A DNA stretch of 64,000 nucleotides from Candidatus Multivoradales bacterium. Its GTDB lineage: Bacteria; Acidobacteriota; Thermoanaerobaculia; Multivoradales; JAHEKO01. The position numbers were made by a program, and so were the translations under genes. How positions within the stretch are numbered: position 1 is the stretch's first letter; the number at the start of each line of letters is the position of its first letter. Of the stretch, positions 10,594-19,987 are shown one piece after another. Below the pieces are notes generated by a model, which was given only the letters and a program-made list of their open reading frames with translations, did not search any database and was not told the DNA's origin. The stretch covers positions 416,001 to 480,000 of the forward strand of contig CBDCVR010000015.1 of assembly GCA_965223155.1 (NCBI GenBank), written 5' to 3'.

Positions 10594-11469
10594 GCCTCCC
10601 CAGCGGAGCTTGCCCCGGAGGCTGTCGTAGAAGGTGCGCCCGCTGGTCCGCACCAGGTGAATTCCCTGCCCGGACCGGGTGATCCGGACCTTGTCGAGAT
10701 ACCCGAGGGTCAAGCCCTCCTGGCCGTCGAGCGTCAAGTACACCTCGGCACTTTGAGTCTCGAGGGTGACCTCGATCGCGCTGTCCGCCGGCACCACGAT
10801 GGGCCGCAGCGAGAACGTGTGCGGACAGATCGGGGTCAGCAGAGCCACCGGCAGCTCCGGATGGACGATGGGCCCGCCGGCGGAGAGGTTGTAGGCCGTC
10901 GATCCCGTGGGGGTCGACAGGATCAAGCCGTCGGAACGATACGTCGTCACCAAGCGCTCATCGACTCTGAGCGTCAGCTGGATGATCCGCGACAGCGCGC
11001 TCTTGGCGATGACGGCGTCGTTGAGGACGCGAAAGCGTTCTCCCTTACCTTCGGCCCGCTGGATCTCTACGTCCAACAGGGCGCGCTCCTCGAGGCGGTA
11101 GCGGCCGGAGAAGACGTCGACGAGACTGGGATAGAGCTCGGCTCGGCCCACTTCGGTCAGGAAGCCCAGCGTGCCCAGGTTGACGCCCAGGATCGGCACC
11201 CCCGCCGGTGCCGCCCTTGCCGCGCCCAGGAGCGTTCCATCCCCGCCCAGAACCACCACCAGGTCGTAGCGCTCGCCGGGCTGATAGAAGGGGCCGTCCG
11301 CGCCCGCGCCGCTTGGCGCCGCGCGCGCGACGGTTTCCTCCAGATGCACCTCGAGTCCCCGCCGGACCAGCCACTCGGCCAGCTCGCGCGCCGTGCGCAC
11401 GGCCTCTCGGCTCGACCGTTTGGCGATGACGCCGACGGTCCGGACGTCGCCGTTCTTCGCCGCCGTCAC
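10591..11469 (-). CDS. nadK: NAD(+) kinase
   Basis: GGDGT, NLGTLGFL, NDAVI and DGLILSTPTGSTAYNLSAGGP motifs. Confidence 0.97.
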   Translation of the reverse strand: MTAAKNGDVRTVGVIAKRSSREAVRTARELAEWLVRRGLEVHLEETVARAAPSGAGADGPFYQPGERYDLVVVLGGDGTLLGAARAAPAGVPILGVNLGTLGFLTEVGRAELYPSLVDVFSGRYRLEERALLDVEIQRAEGKGERFRVLNDAVIAKSALSRIIQLTLRVDERLVTTYRSDGLILSTPTGSTAYNLSAGGPIVHPELPVALLTPICPHTFSLRPIVVPADSAIEVTLETQSAEVYLTLDGQEGLTLGYLDKVRITRSGQGIHLVRTSGRTFYDSLRGKLRWGG

Positions 11470-12203
11470 TGCCGCTCTCCCAGACGAAACAGCGCGAACG
11501 TCTCGCGGTTGCCCTTGGCACCGGCAACCGGCGACTCGACCGTGCCCTCGCAGACGAGCCCCAGCCTCTCGAGACTCAAGACCACCTCAGCGACCACCCG
11601 ACGCCGGATCTCGGGGTCGCGCACGATGCCGCCCTTGCCGACCAGCTCGCGGCCGGCCTCGAATTGGGGCTTGACCAGCGCCAGCACCCGGGCCTCGGGG
11701 GCGAGCACGCCCAGAACCGCCGGGACCACCTTGGCCAGCGAGATGAACGAGAGGTCAAGCGTCGCCAGCCGGCAAGGCTCGGGAATCGCGTCGGACTCGA
11801 GATAGCGGGCGTTGACACGCTCGAGGGCCACCACCCGCGAGTCCTGGCGGAGGGTGTAGTCGAGCTGACCGTAGCCCACGTCGACAGCGTACACCCGCCG
11901 GGCACCGCGCTCGAGCAGGCAGTGAGTGAACCCACCGGTGGAGGCTCCGACGTCGGCACAGACCCAGCCTGTAGGGTCGAGTTCCAGGGCGTCCAGGGCC
12001 GCTTCGAGCTTGCGCCCGCCACGGGAAACGTAGGGCTCGGCGGCGGCGCGCACGAGCACGTCGGCACCGGACTGAACGCCGGTTCCGGGCTTATCGACGC
12101 GACGGCCGTCTACCTCCACCAGGCCGGCCATGATCGCGCGCCGAGCGCGCTCGCGGGACGGAAAATCCCCTCGCCGGTGCAGCAACTGGTCGAGCCGTTC
12201 CAT
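11466..12203 (-). CDS. tlyA: TlyA family rRNA methyltransferase
   Basis: S4 domain; YVSRGGRKL, DVGASTGGFT, DVGYGQL, DLSFISL, LVKPQFE. Confidence 0.97.
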   Translation of the reverse strand: MERLDQLLHRRGDFPSRERARRAIMAGLVEVDGRRVDKPGTGVQSGADVLVRAAAEPYVSRGGRKLEAALDALELDPTGWVCADVGASTGGFTHCLLERGARRVYAVDVGYGQLDYTLRQDSRVVALERVNARYLESDAIPEPCRLATLDLSFISLAKVVPAVLGVLAPEARVLALVKPQFEAGRELVGKGGIVRDPEIRRRVVAEVVLSLERLGLVCEGTVESPVAGAKGNRETFALFRLGERQ

Positions 12204-12209
12204 GCGGCC

Positions 12210-13439
12210 CTATTCTCCCACGCGCGAAGCGCTCGCTGGGATTGGCTGCCGAGCGTCAGACTCGGTTTGGATCGGCCGAAGCGCGAAGGGAATCGCCATC
12301 AGGAACAGGGCGATTCTCTGGACCTCGGTATCCAGCCAGTTGGCCTCGAACAGACCGGCCACCGCGAAGCACACGAGCCCCAAGAAGCTGGCCAGGCACA
12401 GCTCGTCCGCGGCCGGATCCCGCCCCCGAGCCTCAGCGCCTCTCGCCTGCCCACGAAAGGCGGCTCCCAGAGCCACGGCCAAGAGCCACAGCAACGCGGC
12501 CAGGCCCACCAGTCCCTGCTCGGCGGCTACGTGCAGAAAGGAGTTGTGCAGATGCTCGGCCGAGTGCCGGGGAGCGGACAGCGGCCGGTAGATGGGATAG
12601 AGCTCGCGCACCATGCCCGGACCGATCCCGAAGAAGGGCCGCTCGCGCAGCATCTCGGCTCCGGCTTCGAGCATCGACAACCGGTCGTAGTTCGACGGAT
12701 TCTGAAGATCGAAAATCGAGGCCATCCGGCCCCGTACGGGCGCCGGCAGCAGCACCGCCGCGATCGCCAGCACCGGCAGCCCTGCCAGGAGCCACCTGGG
12801 CTTGCGCACGACCGCCAGGGTGACGAGCCCGGCGGCCAGGGCCACCCAGGCGCTCCGGGTCAAGCTGCCCAGGAGACCGGCGATGAGAACCAGCAGAGCG
12901 GCCCAGCGCCATTGCCGAACCTCGAACTTGCGGCAAGCGAGCTGGGCCAGGCAGACGGCCACGGCCAGGAGCAGAACGCCTGCGAAGGTCATGTAGTGCG
13001 AGAACGGACCCCGGATGCGGTTCTCGAGGCCGCCGAAGCCGGCTCCAAACTGCGCCAGTCCCCACACCGAGCAGAGCGTGGCCACGATGACGAATCCGTC
13101 TACAACGACCCCGATGTCGCGCGCGCTGCGCAGCCAGATCGCGGCCATTGGCAGGCTCACCAGGGCCAGGATCTCACCGGCTTCCCGGACGCTGACGCGG
13201 GTATCGAATGAGAACGTGACCGACACCGCGAGCGCGGCGCCGTACAGAACAAGCGGCGTCAGGATCGGCCGGAACCGAACCAGTCGCGCCTTTGCGTCAG
13301 GCGCCCAGCGCGCCAGGATGAGCGCCACCGCCAGCGCGATGTTGGAAGCCGCCAGGCCGAAGATCGCCCAGACGTGGACAATGAAGGCCCAGCGCCCGGT
13401 CCGTTCCGGAGACCAGCTGGGACGGGAGGTTCTAGCCAC
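12210..13439 (-). CDS. O-antigen ligase (WaaL/Wzy_C) family protein
   Basis: Polytopic membrane protein; RIRGPFSH, SLTRSAW, RPFFGIGPG, HLHNSFLHVAAEQGLVG. Confidence 0.9.
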   Translation of the reverse strand: MARTSRPSWSPERTGRWAFIVHVWAIFGLAASNIALAVALILARWAPDAKARLVRFRPILTPLVLYGAALAVSVTFSFDTRVSVREAGEILALVSLPMAAIWLRSARDIGVVVDGFVIVATLCSVWGLAQFGAGFGGLENRIRGPFSHYMTFAGVLLLAVAVCLAQLACRKFEVRQWRWAALLVLIAGLLGSLTRSAWVALAAGLVTLAVVRKPRWLLAGLPVLAIAAVLLPAPVRGRMASIFDLQNPSNYDRLSMLEAGAEMLRERPFFGIGPGMVRELYPIYRPLSAPRHSAEHLHNSFLHVAAEQGLVGLAALLWLLAVALGAAFRGQARGAEARGRDPAADELCLASFLGLVCFAVAGLFEANWLDTEVQRIALFLMAIPFALRPIQTESDARQPIPASASRVGE

Positions 13440-13480
13440 GATTGGCGGCCTCGGGCACCGGGTTCTGAAGAGGCCGGTAG

Positions 13481-13729
13481 CTAGCCGAGGATCGACGCCG
13501 GCAGCGCCTCATCGACCAGCATCACCGGAATGTCCGAGACGACCGGATAGACCAGCTCGGACTCGGCGCAAAGCAGCCCCTGCTCGACCACGGGAGGAGT
13601 TTCCCGGAAGTGCTCCTTGTACTTCTCGACCAGCTCCGACCGGACCGACTCGGGCAAGTCCACGAGCTCGAGACTGCCCTTCGTCTTGGGACAGACCAGA
13701 ATCTCGAGAAGCTCCGGATCGACGGCCAT
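13481..13729 (-). CDS. Trm112-like (YcaR/UPF0434) protein
   Basis: LLEILVCP...[15 protein letters not shown]. Confidence 0.9.
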   Translation of the reverse strand: MAVDPELLEILVCPKTKGSLELVDLPESVRSELVEKYKEHFRETPPVVEQGLLCAESELVYPVVSDIPVMLVDEALPASILG

Positions 13730-13873
13730 TCGTTGCGCGCTCCAAGTCTCAGAGTATCACGCTGTCCGAGGCGGCGCGGACGGCCCGACGGGCGCAGCAG
13801 CGTGCTACGATCCGGCGTCGCCGGCGCTCGCAACGCCGCCGGCAGGCGCCGATCCACCCCCCCACGAAAGATC

Positions 13874-14965
13874 ATGGATAGAGCGTTCTGGCAAGGCCGC
13901 CGCGTCGTGCTGACTGGCCACACCGGATTCAAGGGCAGCTGGCTGGCCCTGTGGCTGGCAGAGCTGGGCGCCGAGGTCACCGGCTATTCGCTCGAACCGC
14001 CCTCCGAACCGAACCTCTTCGAGGAAGCCGGCGTTGCCGGACGCATCGCCGAGTCGATCCACGGCGACGTGCGCGAACTGGACGGCGTCGCCCGGACCCT
14101 GGAGCGGGCGCGGCCGCAGACGATCTTCCATCTGGCGGCGCAGTCCCTGGTCCGGCGGGGATACGCCGACCCTCTCGAAACCTATTCGACCAACGTCCTG
14201 GGCACGGCGGTCGTCCTGGAAGCCGGCCGCCAGGTCCCAGAGCTCGAGTCCGTCGTCGTCGTCACCAGCGACAAGTGCTACGACAATCTCGAGACCTCGC
14301 GCGGATACCGTGAAACCGACGCCCTTGGGGGGCGAGATCCCTACTCCGGCAGCAAGGGCGCGGCCGAGATCGTCACCGCGGCCTACCGTGCGTCCTTCTT
14401 CTCAGGGCCGTCGAGCTCCGTCCCTTCACCGGCCGCCGGAGCCGGTCTGGCCAGCGTCCGAGCCGGCAACGTCCTGGGCGGCGGCGACTGGGCGGAGGAT
14501 CGGCTCGTGCCCGACCTCTTGCGGGGCTTCGCCGCCGGCGCGCCGGTGCCGATCCGCAATCCGGCGGCGATCCGGCCATGGCAGCACGTGCTCGAGCCGC
14601 TGAGCGGCTATCTCGAAGTGGCCGAGCGGGCCGCGGCCGAGCCCCAGGTGGGCGCCCAAGCCTGGAACTTCGGTCCGGACGCCGAGGATGAACGGCCGGT
14701 CCGCTGGGTGGCTGAGCGCCTAGTCGCCGCCTGGGGAGAGGGCGCGGCTTGGCGGCACGACGGCGGCGAGCATCCCCACGAGGCCGGCTACCTCAAGCTG
14801 GACTCCACCAAGGCCCGCGCCGAGCTGGGCTGGCGGCCCAGGCTGCCCCTGCCCGAGGCCCTAGGCTGGGTGGTCGACTGGCACCGCTCGATAGCGGCCG
14901 GCGCCGATGCCGCCGAGCTGACGGTGGCTCAGATCCGAGACTTCGAGAAGCGGATGGCCTCGTGA
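13874..14965 (+). CDS. rfbG: CDP-glucose 4,6-dehydratase
   Basis: FWQGRRVVLTGHTGFKGSWL, HLAAQSLV, TSDKCY, DPYSGSK, RAGNVLGGGDW, RPWQHVLEPL. Confidence 0.97.
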   Translation: MDRAFWQGRRVVLTGHTGFKGSWLALWLAELGAEVTGYSLEPPSEPNLFEEAGVAGRIAESIHGDVRELDGVARTLERARPQTIFHLAAQSLVRRGYADPLETYSTNVLGTAVVLEAGRQVPELESVVVVTSDKCYDNLETSRGYRETDALGGRDPYSGSKGAAEIVTAAYRASFFSGPSSSVPSPAAGAGLASVRAGNVLGGGDWAEDRLVPDLLRGFAAGAPVPIRNPAAIRPWQHVLEPLSGYLEVAERAAAEPQVGAQAWNFGPDAEDERPVRWVAERLVAAWGEGAAWRHDGGEHPHEAGYLKLDSTKARAELGWRPRLPLPEALGWVVDWHRSIAAGADAAELTVAQIRDFEKRMAS

Positions 14966-16233
14966 GCGGCCTTTCTTGCCGGTTCTGCGGCGCGAACGTG
15001 ACCCGCACGTTCCTGGACCTCGGAAGCTCGCCGCTCGCCAACAGTTACGTCTCTCCCGAGAGCGCGGGTGAACCTGACCGCTTCTACCCGCTCCACGTCT
15101 CGATCTGCGACCGCTGTCTCCTGGTGCAGCTGCCGGAGTTCGAGAGTCCGGCCGAGATCTTCGGCGACTACGCCTACTTCTCGTCCTACTCGCCTTCGTG
15201 GGTCGCCCACGCCCAGCGCTACGTCGAAGACATGACCGAACGCTTCGGGCTCCGGGCCGACTCCCAGGTGGTGGAGGTGGCCTCGAATGACGGCTATCTC
15301 TTGCAGTTCTTTCGCCAGGGCGGGATCCCGGTCCTGGGCATCGAGCCAGCGGCCAACGTTGCCGAAGTGGCCGAGGCCTCGGGAATTCCCACAATGGTTC
15401 GTTTCTTCGGTGAGGAGCTGGCCGGGGAGCTGGCCGACCAGGGCCGGCGCGCCGATCTCTTGCTCGGAAACAACGTCCTCGCCCACGTACCGGACCTCAA
15501 CGACTTCGTGCGCGGGCTTGCGACCCTGCTCGCCCCGGAAGGCGTCATCACCATGGAGTTCCCGCACGTCCTGAGGATGATCGAGGGCAACCAGTTCGAC
15601 ACCATCTACCACGAGCACTTCTCCTACTTCTCCCTCGGCACCGTGCGCCGCGTCTTCGAGGCTCACGGCTTGCGCGTCTTCGACGTCACCGAGCTGCCGA
15701 CCCATGGTGGATCGCTCCGGGTATTCGCCTGCCATCGGGACGCGTGCGGCCACGACACAGTCGACTCGGTCGAACGGGTGCTAAGCGCCGAAGCCGAACG
15801 GAGCCTCGATCGTGTCGATGGATACGCAGGGTTCGCCGCGAGCGTCGAAGCCACGCGGACTGCGCTCGCGGCCTTTCTGGAGCGACTCGAGAGCGAGGGT
15901 CACACGATCGCCGGCTACGGAGCGCCGGCCAAGGGCAACACGCTTCTCAACTACTGCGGTATCGGGCCAGACGTCCTGCCCTACACGGTGGATAAGAACC
16001 CGCACAAGCAAGACACGCTCTTGCCCGGAAGCCGGATCCCGATCTTCACTCCGGAGCGGATTTTCGAGACGCGCCCGGACTACGTCTTCATCCTGCCCTG
16101 GAACATCCGCGACGAGATCCTGGGCGAGATGGCGCCGATCGCGGCCTGGGGCGGACGTTTCTTCGTCGCGATCCCCGAGATCCAGATCGCCGTGCCCGGG
16201 TCAGCCCGGTTCGTCCCCGTCCGAAGCCTCTGA
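14962..16233 (+). CDS. NDP-hexose C3-methyltransferase (SAM-dependent, Zn-binding N-terminus)
   Basis: CRFC...CDRC; EVASNDGYLL, NNVLAHVPD, FDTIYHEHFSYF, THGGSLR, YGAPAKGNTLL; GTG overlaps the rfbG stop. Confidence 0.93.
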   Translation: MSGLSCRFCGANVTRTFLDLGSSPLANSYVSPESAGEPDRFYPLHVSICDRCLLVQLPEFESPAEIFGDYAYFSSYSPSWVAHAQRYVEDMTERFGLRADSQVVEVASNDGYLLQFFRQGGIPVLGIEPAANVAEVAEASGIPTMVRFFGEELAGELADQGRRADLLLGNNVLAHVPDLNDFVRGLATLLAPEGVITMEFPHVLRMIEGNQFDTIYHEHFSYFSLGTVRRVFEAHGLRVFDVTELPTHGGSLRVFACHRDACGHDTVDSVERVLSAEAERSLDRVDGYAGFAASVEATRTALAAFLERLESEGHTIAGYGAPAKGNTLLNYCGIGPDVLPYTVDKNPHKQDTLLPGSRIPIFTPERIFETRPDYVFILPWNIRDEILGEMAPIAAWGGRFFVAIPEIQIAVPGSARFVPVRSL

Positions 16234-16788
16234 CGGGATCGCCGGTCCGTCCTCCGCCCGGTAGGTCGAACGGCGCAGCACCCGCTTCCTGGCTTCGCTG
16301 ATGACCCTGGTGTCGTGCTCGACGTCTTCGGTGATCGTGGTGTTGGTTCCGATGACCGCCCGATCCCCGACCTGGATCCGGCCGATGAGCGAAGCTCCGG
16401 CGCCGATTGTGACGTCGTCACCGACGTCGGGCATGTCCTCCAGGCGTTGGGCGTCGGGAGCCCCCAGGGTCACCTGATGGAGAAGAATTGCGCGGGCTCC
16501 GATCCGTGTGTGGCTTCCGACCACGAGGCCGGTGCCGTGGCTGATGATGAGACCGGGCCCGATGCTGGCGCCGGGAGCGATGTCAGCGCCGGTCAGAAAC
16601 AGACCCCAGCGGGCCAGAAGCGCGGGCAGAATCGGAACTCCGGCGCGCTTGCACGCGCTCGCCATCCGGTAGAACACTACCGCCTGGTAGCCGTTGTCGA
16701 AGAGTAGCGCCTCGAGGACGTACCAGGGAAATCGGGTGGTCCGGTTGAGCCGCAGACGGCGCGTGTCGGCGGTGAGGTTCGGAAACAT
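16201..16788 (-). CDS. Hexapeptide-repeat O-acetyltransferase (CysE/WcaB-like)
   Basis: TGADIAPGASIGPGLIISHGTGLVVG...QVTLG...VGDDVTIGAGA left-handed beta-helix repeats. Confidence 0.9.
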   Translation of the reverse strand: MFPNLTADTRRLRLNRTTRFPWYVLEALLFDNGYQAVVFYRMASACKRAGVPILPALLARWGLFLTGADIAPGASIGPGLIISHGTGLVVGSHTRIGARAILLHQVTLGAPDAQRLEDMPDVGDDVTIGAGASLIGRIQVGDRAVIGTNTTITEDVEHDTRVISEARKRVLRRSTYRAEDGPAIPSEASDGDEPG

Positions 16789-16805
16789 CGCCCGATCCTA
16801 CTGTG

Positions 16806-17711
16806 TTATCGGAGCTGCGGAAGTTTCGGAGGTGGTTCGAGTCGGGCGAAGATACCGCCCAAGGCTCCGACCGCTTCCGCCAGCAGCAGCCGGCGGCCCC
16901 GGAGCGCCTCGACCCCGCCGACCCCAAGGCGAGCGAATGTCCCCAGCACCAAGCGTATCCAGGCCAGGAGATCGCCGTGGCGGCGGGTTAGGAGCGCGGC
17001 GGAACGACCCGCCGAGCGCATCCGCTCCGGCCGCTCCACCGGGCCCGACGTCACGATCCGCCAAGCTGCGGCTTTGCCGACCGCGTAGCATGCGAGACCG
17101 GCCTGGGAGGCTCGCAAGCACCAGTCCACGTCCTCATAGCGGTCGAGCTGCCGGTCGAACAGACCCACCCTGCGTAGCGCCCACGTCGGCAGCAGCATGG
17201 CGGCCCCGCTCAAGCAATCGACGCGATCCTCGCCTTCGAAGCTCCCGGCATCGGTGCTCCCGGCTCCGCGCCACGTGACCGGACGCGATCCAAGGGCAGC
17301 CCTCCCTCCCACCGAGAGCAGGCGATCGCGGTGCCAGTAGTCGTGGATCTTGGGCCCCAGCGCCGCCCCGTCCGGATGCCGGGCCGCCGCCGCCAGCAGA
17401 TCGCGCAACAGCCAGGAGTCCGGCTCGACATCCTGATGCAAGCACAGAGCGTGAGTCCACTTTCCCTTCAAGACCTCCCGCAGTCCCGCGTTCAAGCCGC
17501 CGGCCACGCCGGCGTTGGATCGTGTCCTGATGAGGCGCGCGTCCGGAAACTCATGGCGCACCGCGTCCGAGGTGCCATCCGTCGAACCGTTGTCGACGAC
17601 GAACAGGCCGAAGGAGACCTCCCGCATGGCCATCGCCTTCTCCAGACAGACGAGAACCACCTCCCGGCCTTCAAAGGTCGGGACCACGACGGCAATGCGA
17701 GGTGCCTTCAT
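16806..17711 (-). CDS. Glycosyltransferase family 2
   Basis: IAVVVPTF, VVDNGSTDGT, NAGVAGGLNAG, SGAAML, YEDVDWCLRA; start placed at MKAPRI (alternative 17804). Confidence 0.9.
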   Translation of the reverse strand: MKAPRIAVVVPTFEGREVVLVCLEKAMAMREVSFGLFVVDNGSTDGTSDAVRHEFPDARLIRTRSNAGVAGGLNAGLREVLKGKWTHALCLHQDVEPDSWLLRDLLAAAARHPDGAALGPKIHDYWHRDRLLSVGGRAALGSRPVTWRGAGSTDAGSFEGEDRVDCLSGAAMLLPTWALRRVGLFDRQLDRYEDVDWCLRASQAGLACYAVGKAAAWRIVTSGPVERPERMRSAGRSAALLTRRHGDLLAWIRLVLGTFARLGVGGVEALRGRRLLLAEAVGALGGIFARLEPPPKLPQLR

Positions 17712-17803
17712 CTTCGGCTCGATTGTGGTTTCGGCAGCGGACCGCGGCCGGCTCTGAGCAAGCAGAGACCGTTCGAGTCTTGCAGTAAACTCTGCCGGTC
17801 GCA

Positions 17804-19987
17804 ATGAGTGGAACGAAGCGTCTCGCCTTTCTCGCCGCCGCTTTGTTCCTGGTGCTTTTTACCGGCACGGTCGGCAAGCCGGGGTTGCCGCCTACGCTCA
17901 AAGCGGACGAGCCCGCCTACTTCCTGATGGCCGAAAGCCTGGTCCACGATGGCGACCTGCGGGCCGAGGATCGCGACTACCGCCGGCTCATGGAGAGCTA
18001 TCCGTATCTGCCCACCTCCAACCTCATCTTGATGAGCGACGACGGCTGGCAGACCGTCTATTTCGGCAAGCCGTTCATCTACCCGCTCCTGGGCGCTCCG
18101 TTCGTGGCCGTCTTCGGCGCCAACGGACTGGTCGTCCTCAACGCCCTGCTCTTTCTGGCCATGATCTGGCTGGGCGCCGGCTACCTCGAGCGGTTCAACC
18201 CGACGGCGCTGGCGCTCGTCTTCTCCGCGGCCTTCTTTTTCTTGAGCCCGACTTTCTCGTACGTCTTCTGGCTGCAACCCGAGATCTTGAACGCCGCCTC
18301 GGTCGCGGTGGCCTACGCGATTCTCTTGGGCCGGCCGCAGAACTCCCCGCCCTCGTTCTGGCGGATCCTGGCTTCGGCCGCCGTGCTGGCGGTGGGCGCC
18401 TACAACAAACCGGTTCTCCTGGCCTTCGGCCTGCCGCTCGCGGCGCTGCTCTTCCGGCGCGAGGGACTCCGCGGGGCCTGGAACTGGTGCGCGGCCGCCG
18501 CCGTCACCCTGGGTTTGCTGGCCGGGGGCTCATTCCTCTTGACCGGGCACCCCAGCTCGTACCTGGGGGTATCGCGCGGCGGCGTCAACGTCACCAGCCC
18601 CGAGCAGGTCGCCCATGACCTGTCCGAGCTCTCGGCCAAGCTCGAAGCCGGGTCGACCACGGCCAACTCCTGGTCGTGGGTCTTTCGCAAGCCCCCGACC
18701 ACGCTGCGCGAGATCGGTCAGAGCACCAAGTACTTCTTCATCGGCCGCCATACCGGTCTCGTCGTCTATTTCCCGTTCGCGGTGATCAGCTTCACGCTCT
18801 TTCTCCTCCACTGGCGAAGGCGGCCCGAGGGCTGGCTGACGCTCTTGGCCATCGGAGTCATCGCGGCGTTTTTCATCTGCGTCATCCCGCTCAACTGGCA
18901 CGGCGGAGGCGGCTTCATCGGCAACCGCTACTTCCTGATGGTCTACCCGGCGTTCCTCTTCCTGGTCTCGACCATCCGGCCCGCCTGGCTGATCGCCCCG
19001 GGCGCCGCCTGGGCCGGTCTCTTCCTGGGAGTCATCCTGTTTACCCCCTTTGGAGCGCCGGTGCCCGAGCCGACTCTTCAGGCCCACACCCGCTCCCGCC
19101 CCTTCCAGTTCTTCCCGCTCGAGATCACGTTGCGCAAGCGAGTCCCCGGCTACAGCGTCTTCGGCTACTCGCACCTGGCGCTCATCGGGCGCAAGGACCT
19201 CTTCCTGCCGGACCGGAAGATCGGGGGCGCGCCCCTGATCCATACCGGACAACGAATCGAAGTCGTGGTCATGACGGATCGCCCGATCACGGGGCTGTTC
19301 TTCGAGGTCATGAGCTTCACGCCCGACAACGAGGTCCGCCTGGAGCTGGCCGGAGACTCGGAGACGGTCGTGTTCGAAGGCGCCGGCCGGCGGCGCCAGC
19401 GCCGGCAGGTCGTAGAGCTCAATCCCGTCGACCCGCCACGCGAGCATCTCGAGCTCGAGAACCTCTTCTACATCTACGACATGGAAGTCGAGGCCGCCAA
19501 TGGGCGCAGAATCCACGTGCCCAAGGACTCGGCCAAGACCTACTACGCCGGCGCCCGGCTCGAGTTCCTGGGCCGGCGCGATCAGCTCGGCCGGAGCGAG
19601 CACTACCGCGCCGAATGGCTGGGCGAGGAGCTACCGCAGAGGATCGAAGCCGGCGAGCCGTTTGCGATGACCGTGCGCCTGCGCAACGACAGCAAGAGCG
19701 CCTTCGACTCGAGCGGGCCCTTGCCGGTTACGCTCCGCTACCGCTGGCGCCGTCCCGACGGCGAAGCCCTGGGCGTCGAGCACCGGCAGCGCTTCCCGGA
19801 GCCGGTCGAGCCCGGAACCGCCACCGCTCTCGAAGTCCAGGTCGCTCCGCCCCCAGGGGCCGGCGTCTACCGGCTGGAGCTGGATCTGGCGCGCGAGCAC
19901 GTCGGGCACTTCTCGGAGGTCGCGTCCGAGAAGCGCGTGCTCGAGATCCGGGTCTCGGCGCCTACTGCAGATAGCCCAGCGCCTTGA
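17804..19987 (+). CDS. GT-C fold-like polytopic membrane glycosyltransferase with C-terminal Ig-like domain
   Basis: KADEPAYFLMAESLVHDGDL loop resembling the gene at 1238; WHGGGGFIGNRY motif; many TM segments. Confidence 0.65.
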   Translation: MSGTKRLAFLAAALFLVLFTGTVGKPGLPPTLKADEPAYFLMAESLVHDGDLRAEDRDYRRLMESYPYLPTSNLILMSDDGWQTVYFGKPFIYPLLGAPFVAVFGANGLVVLNALLFLAMIWLGAGYLERFNPTALALVFSAAFFFLSPTFSYVFWLQPEILNAASVAVAYAILLGRPQNSPPSFWRILASAAVLAVGAYNKPVLLAFGLPLAALLFRREGLRGAWNWCAAAAVTLGLLAGGSFLLTGHPSSYLGVSRGGVNVTSPEQVAHDLSELSAKLEAGSTTANSWSWVFRKPPTTLREIGQSTKYFFIGRHTGLVVYFPFAVISFTLFLLHWRRRPEGWLTLLAIGVIAAFFICVIPLNWHGGGGFIGNRYFLMVYPAFLFLVSTIRPAWLIAPGAAWAGLFLGVILFTPFGAPVPEPTLQAHTRSRPFQFFPLEITLRKRVPGYSVFGYSHLALIGRKDLFLPDRKIGGAPLIHTGQRIEVVVMTDRPITGLFFEVMSFTPDNEVRLELAGDSETVVFEGAGRRRQRRQVVELNPVDPPREHLELENLFYIYDMEVEAANGRRIHVPKDSAKTYYAGARLEFLGRRDQLGRSEHYRAEWLGEELPQRIEAGEPFAMTVRLRNDSKSAFDSSGPLPVTLRYRWRRPDGEALGVEHRQRFPEPVEPGTATALEVQVAPPPGAGVYRLELDLAREHVGHFSEVASEKRVLEIRVSAPTADSPAP

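Noticed and set aside
10363-10594. Small ORFs (72-73 aa) between tamB and nadK
   Set aside because: Lie within the MITE-like element and have no recognisable protein features
9094-11805. 903-aa plus-strand ORF and many similar long ORFs (e.g. 1402-3270, 26142-27674, 42276-44264)
   Set aside because: Antisense or alternate-frame shadows of well-supported genes; Arg/Pro/Gly-rich with no motifs, as expected in high-GC DNA
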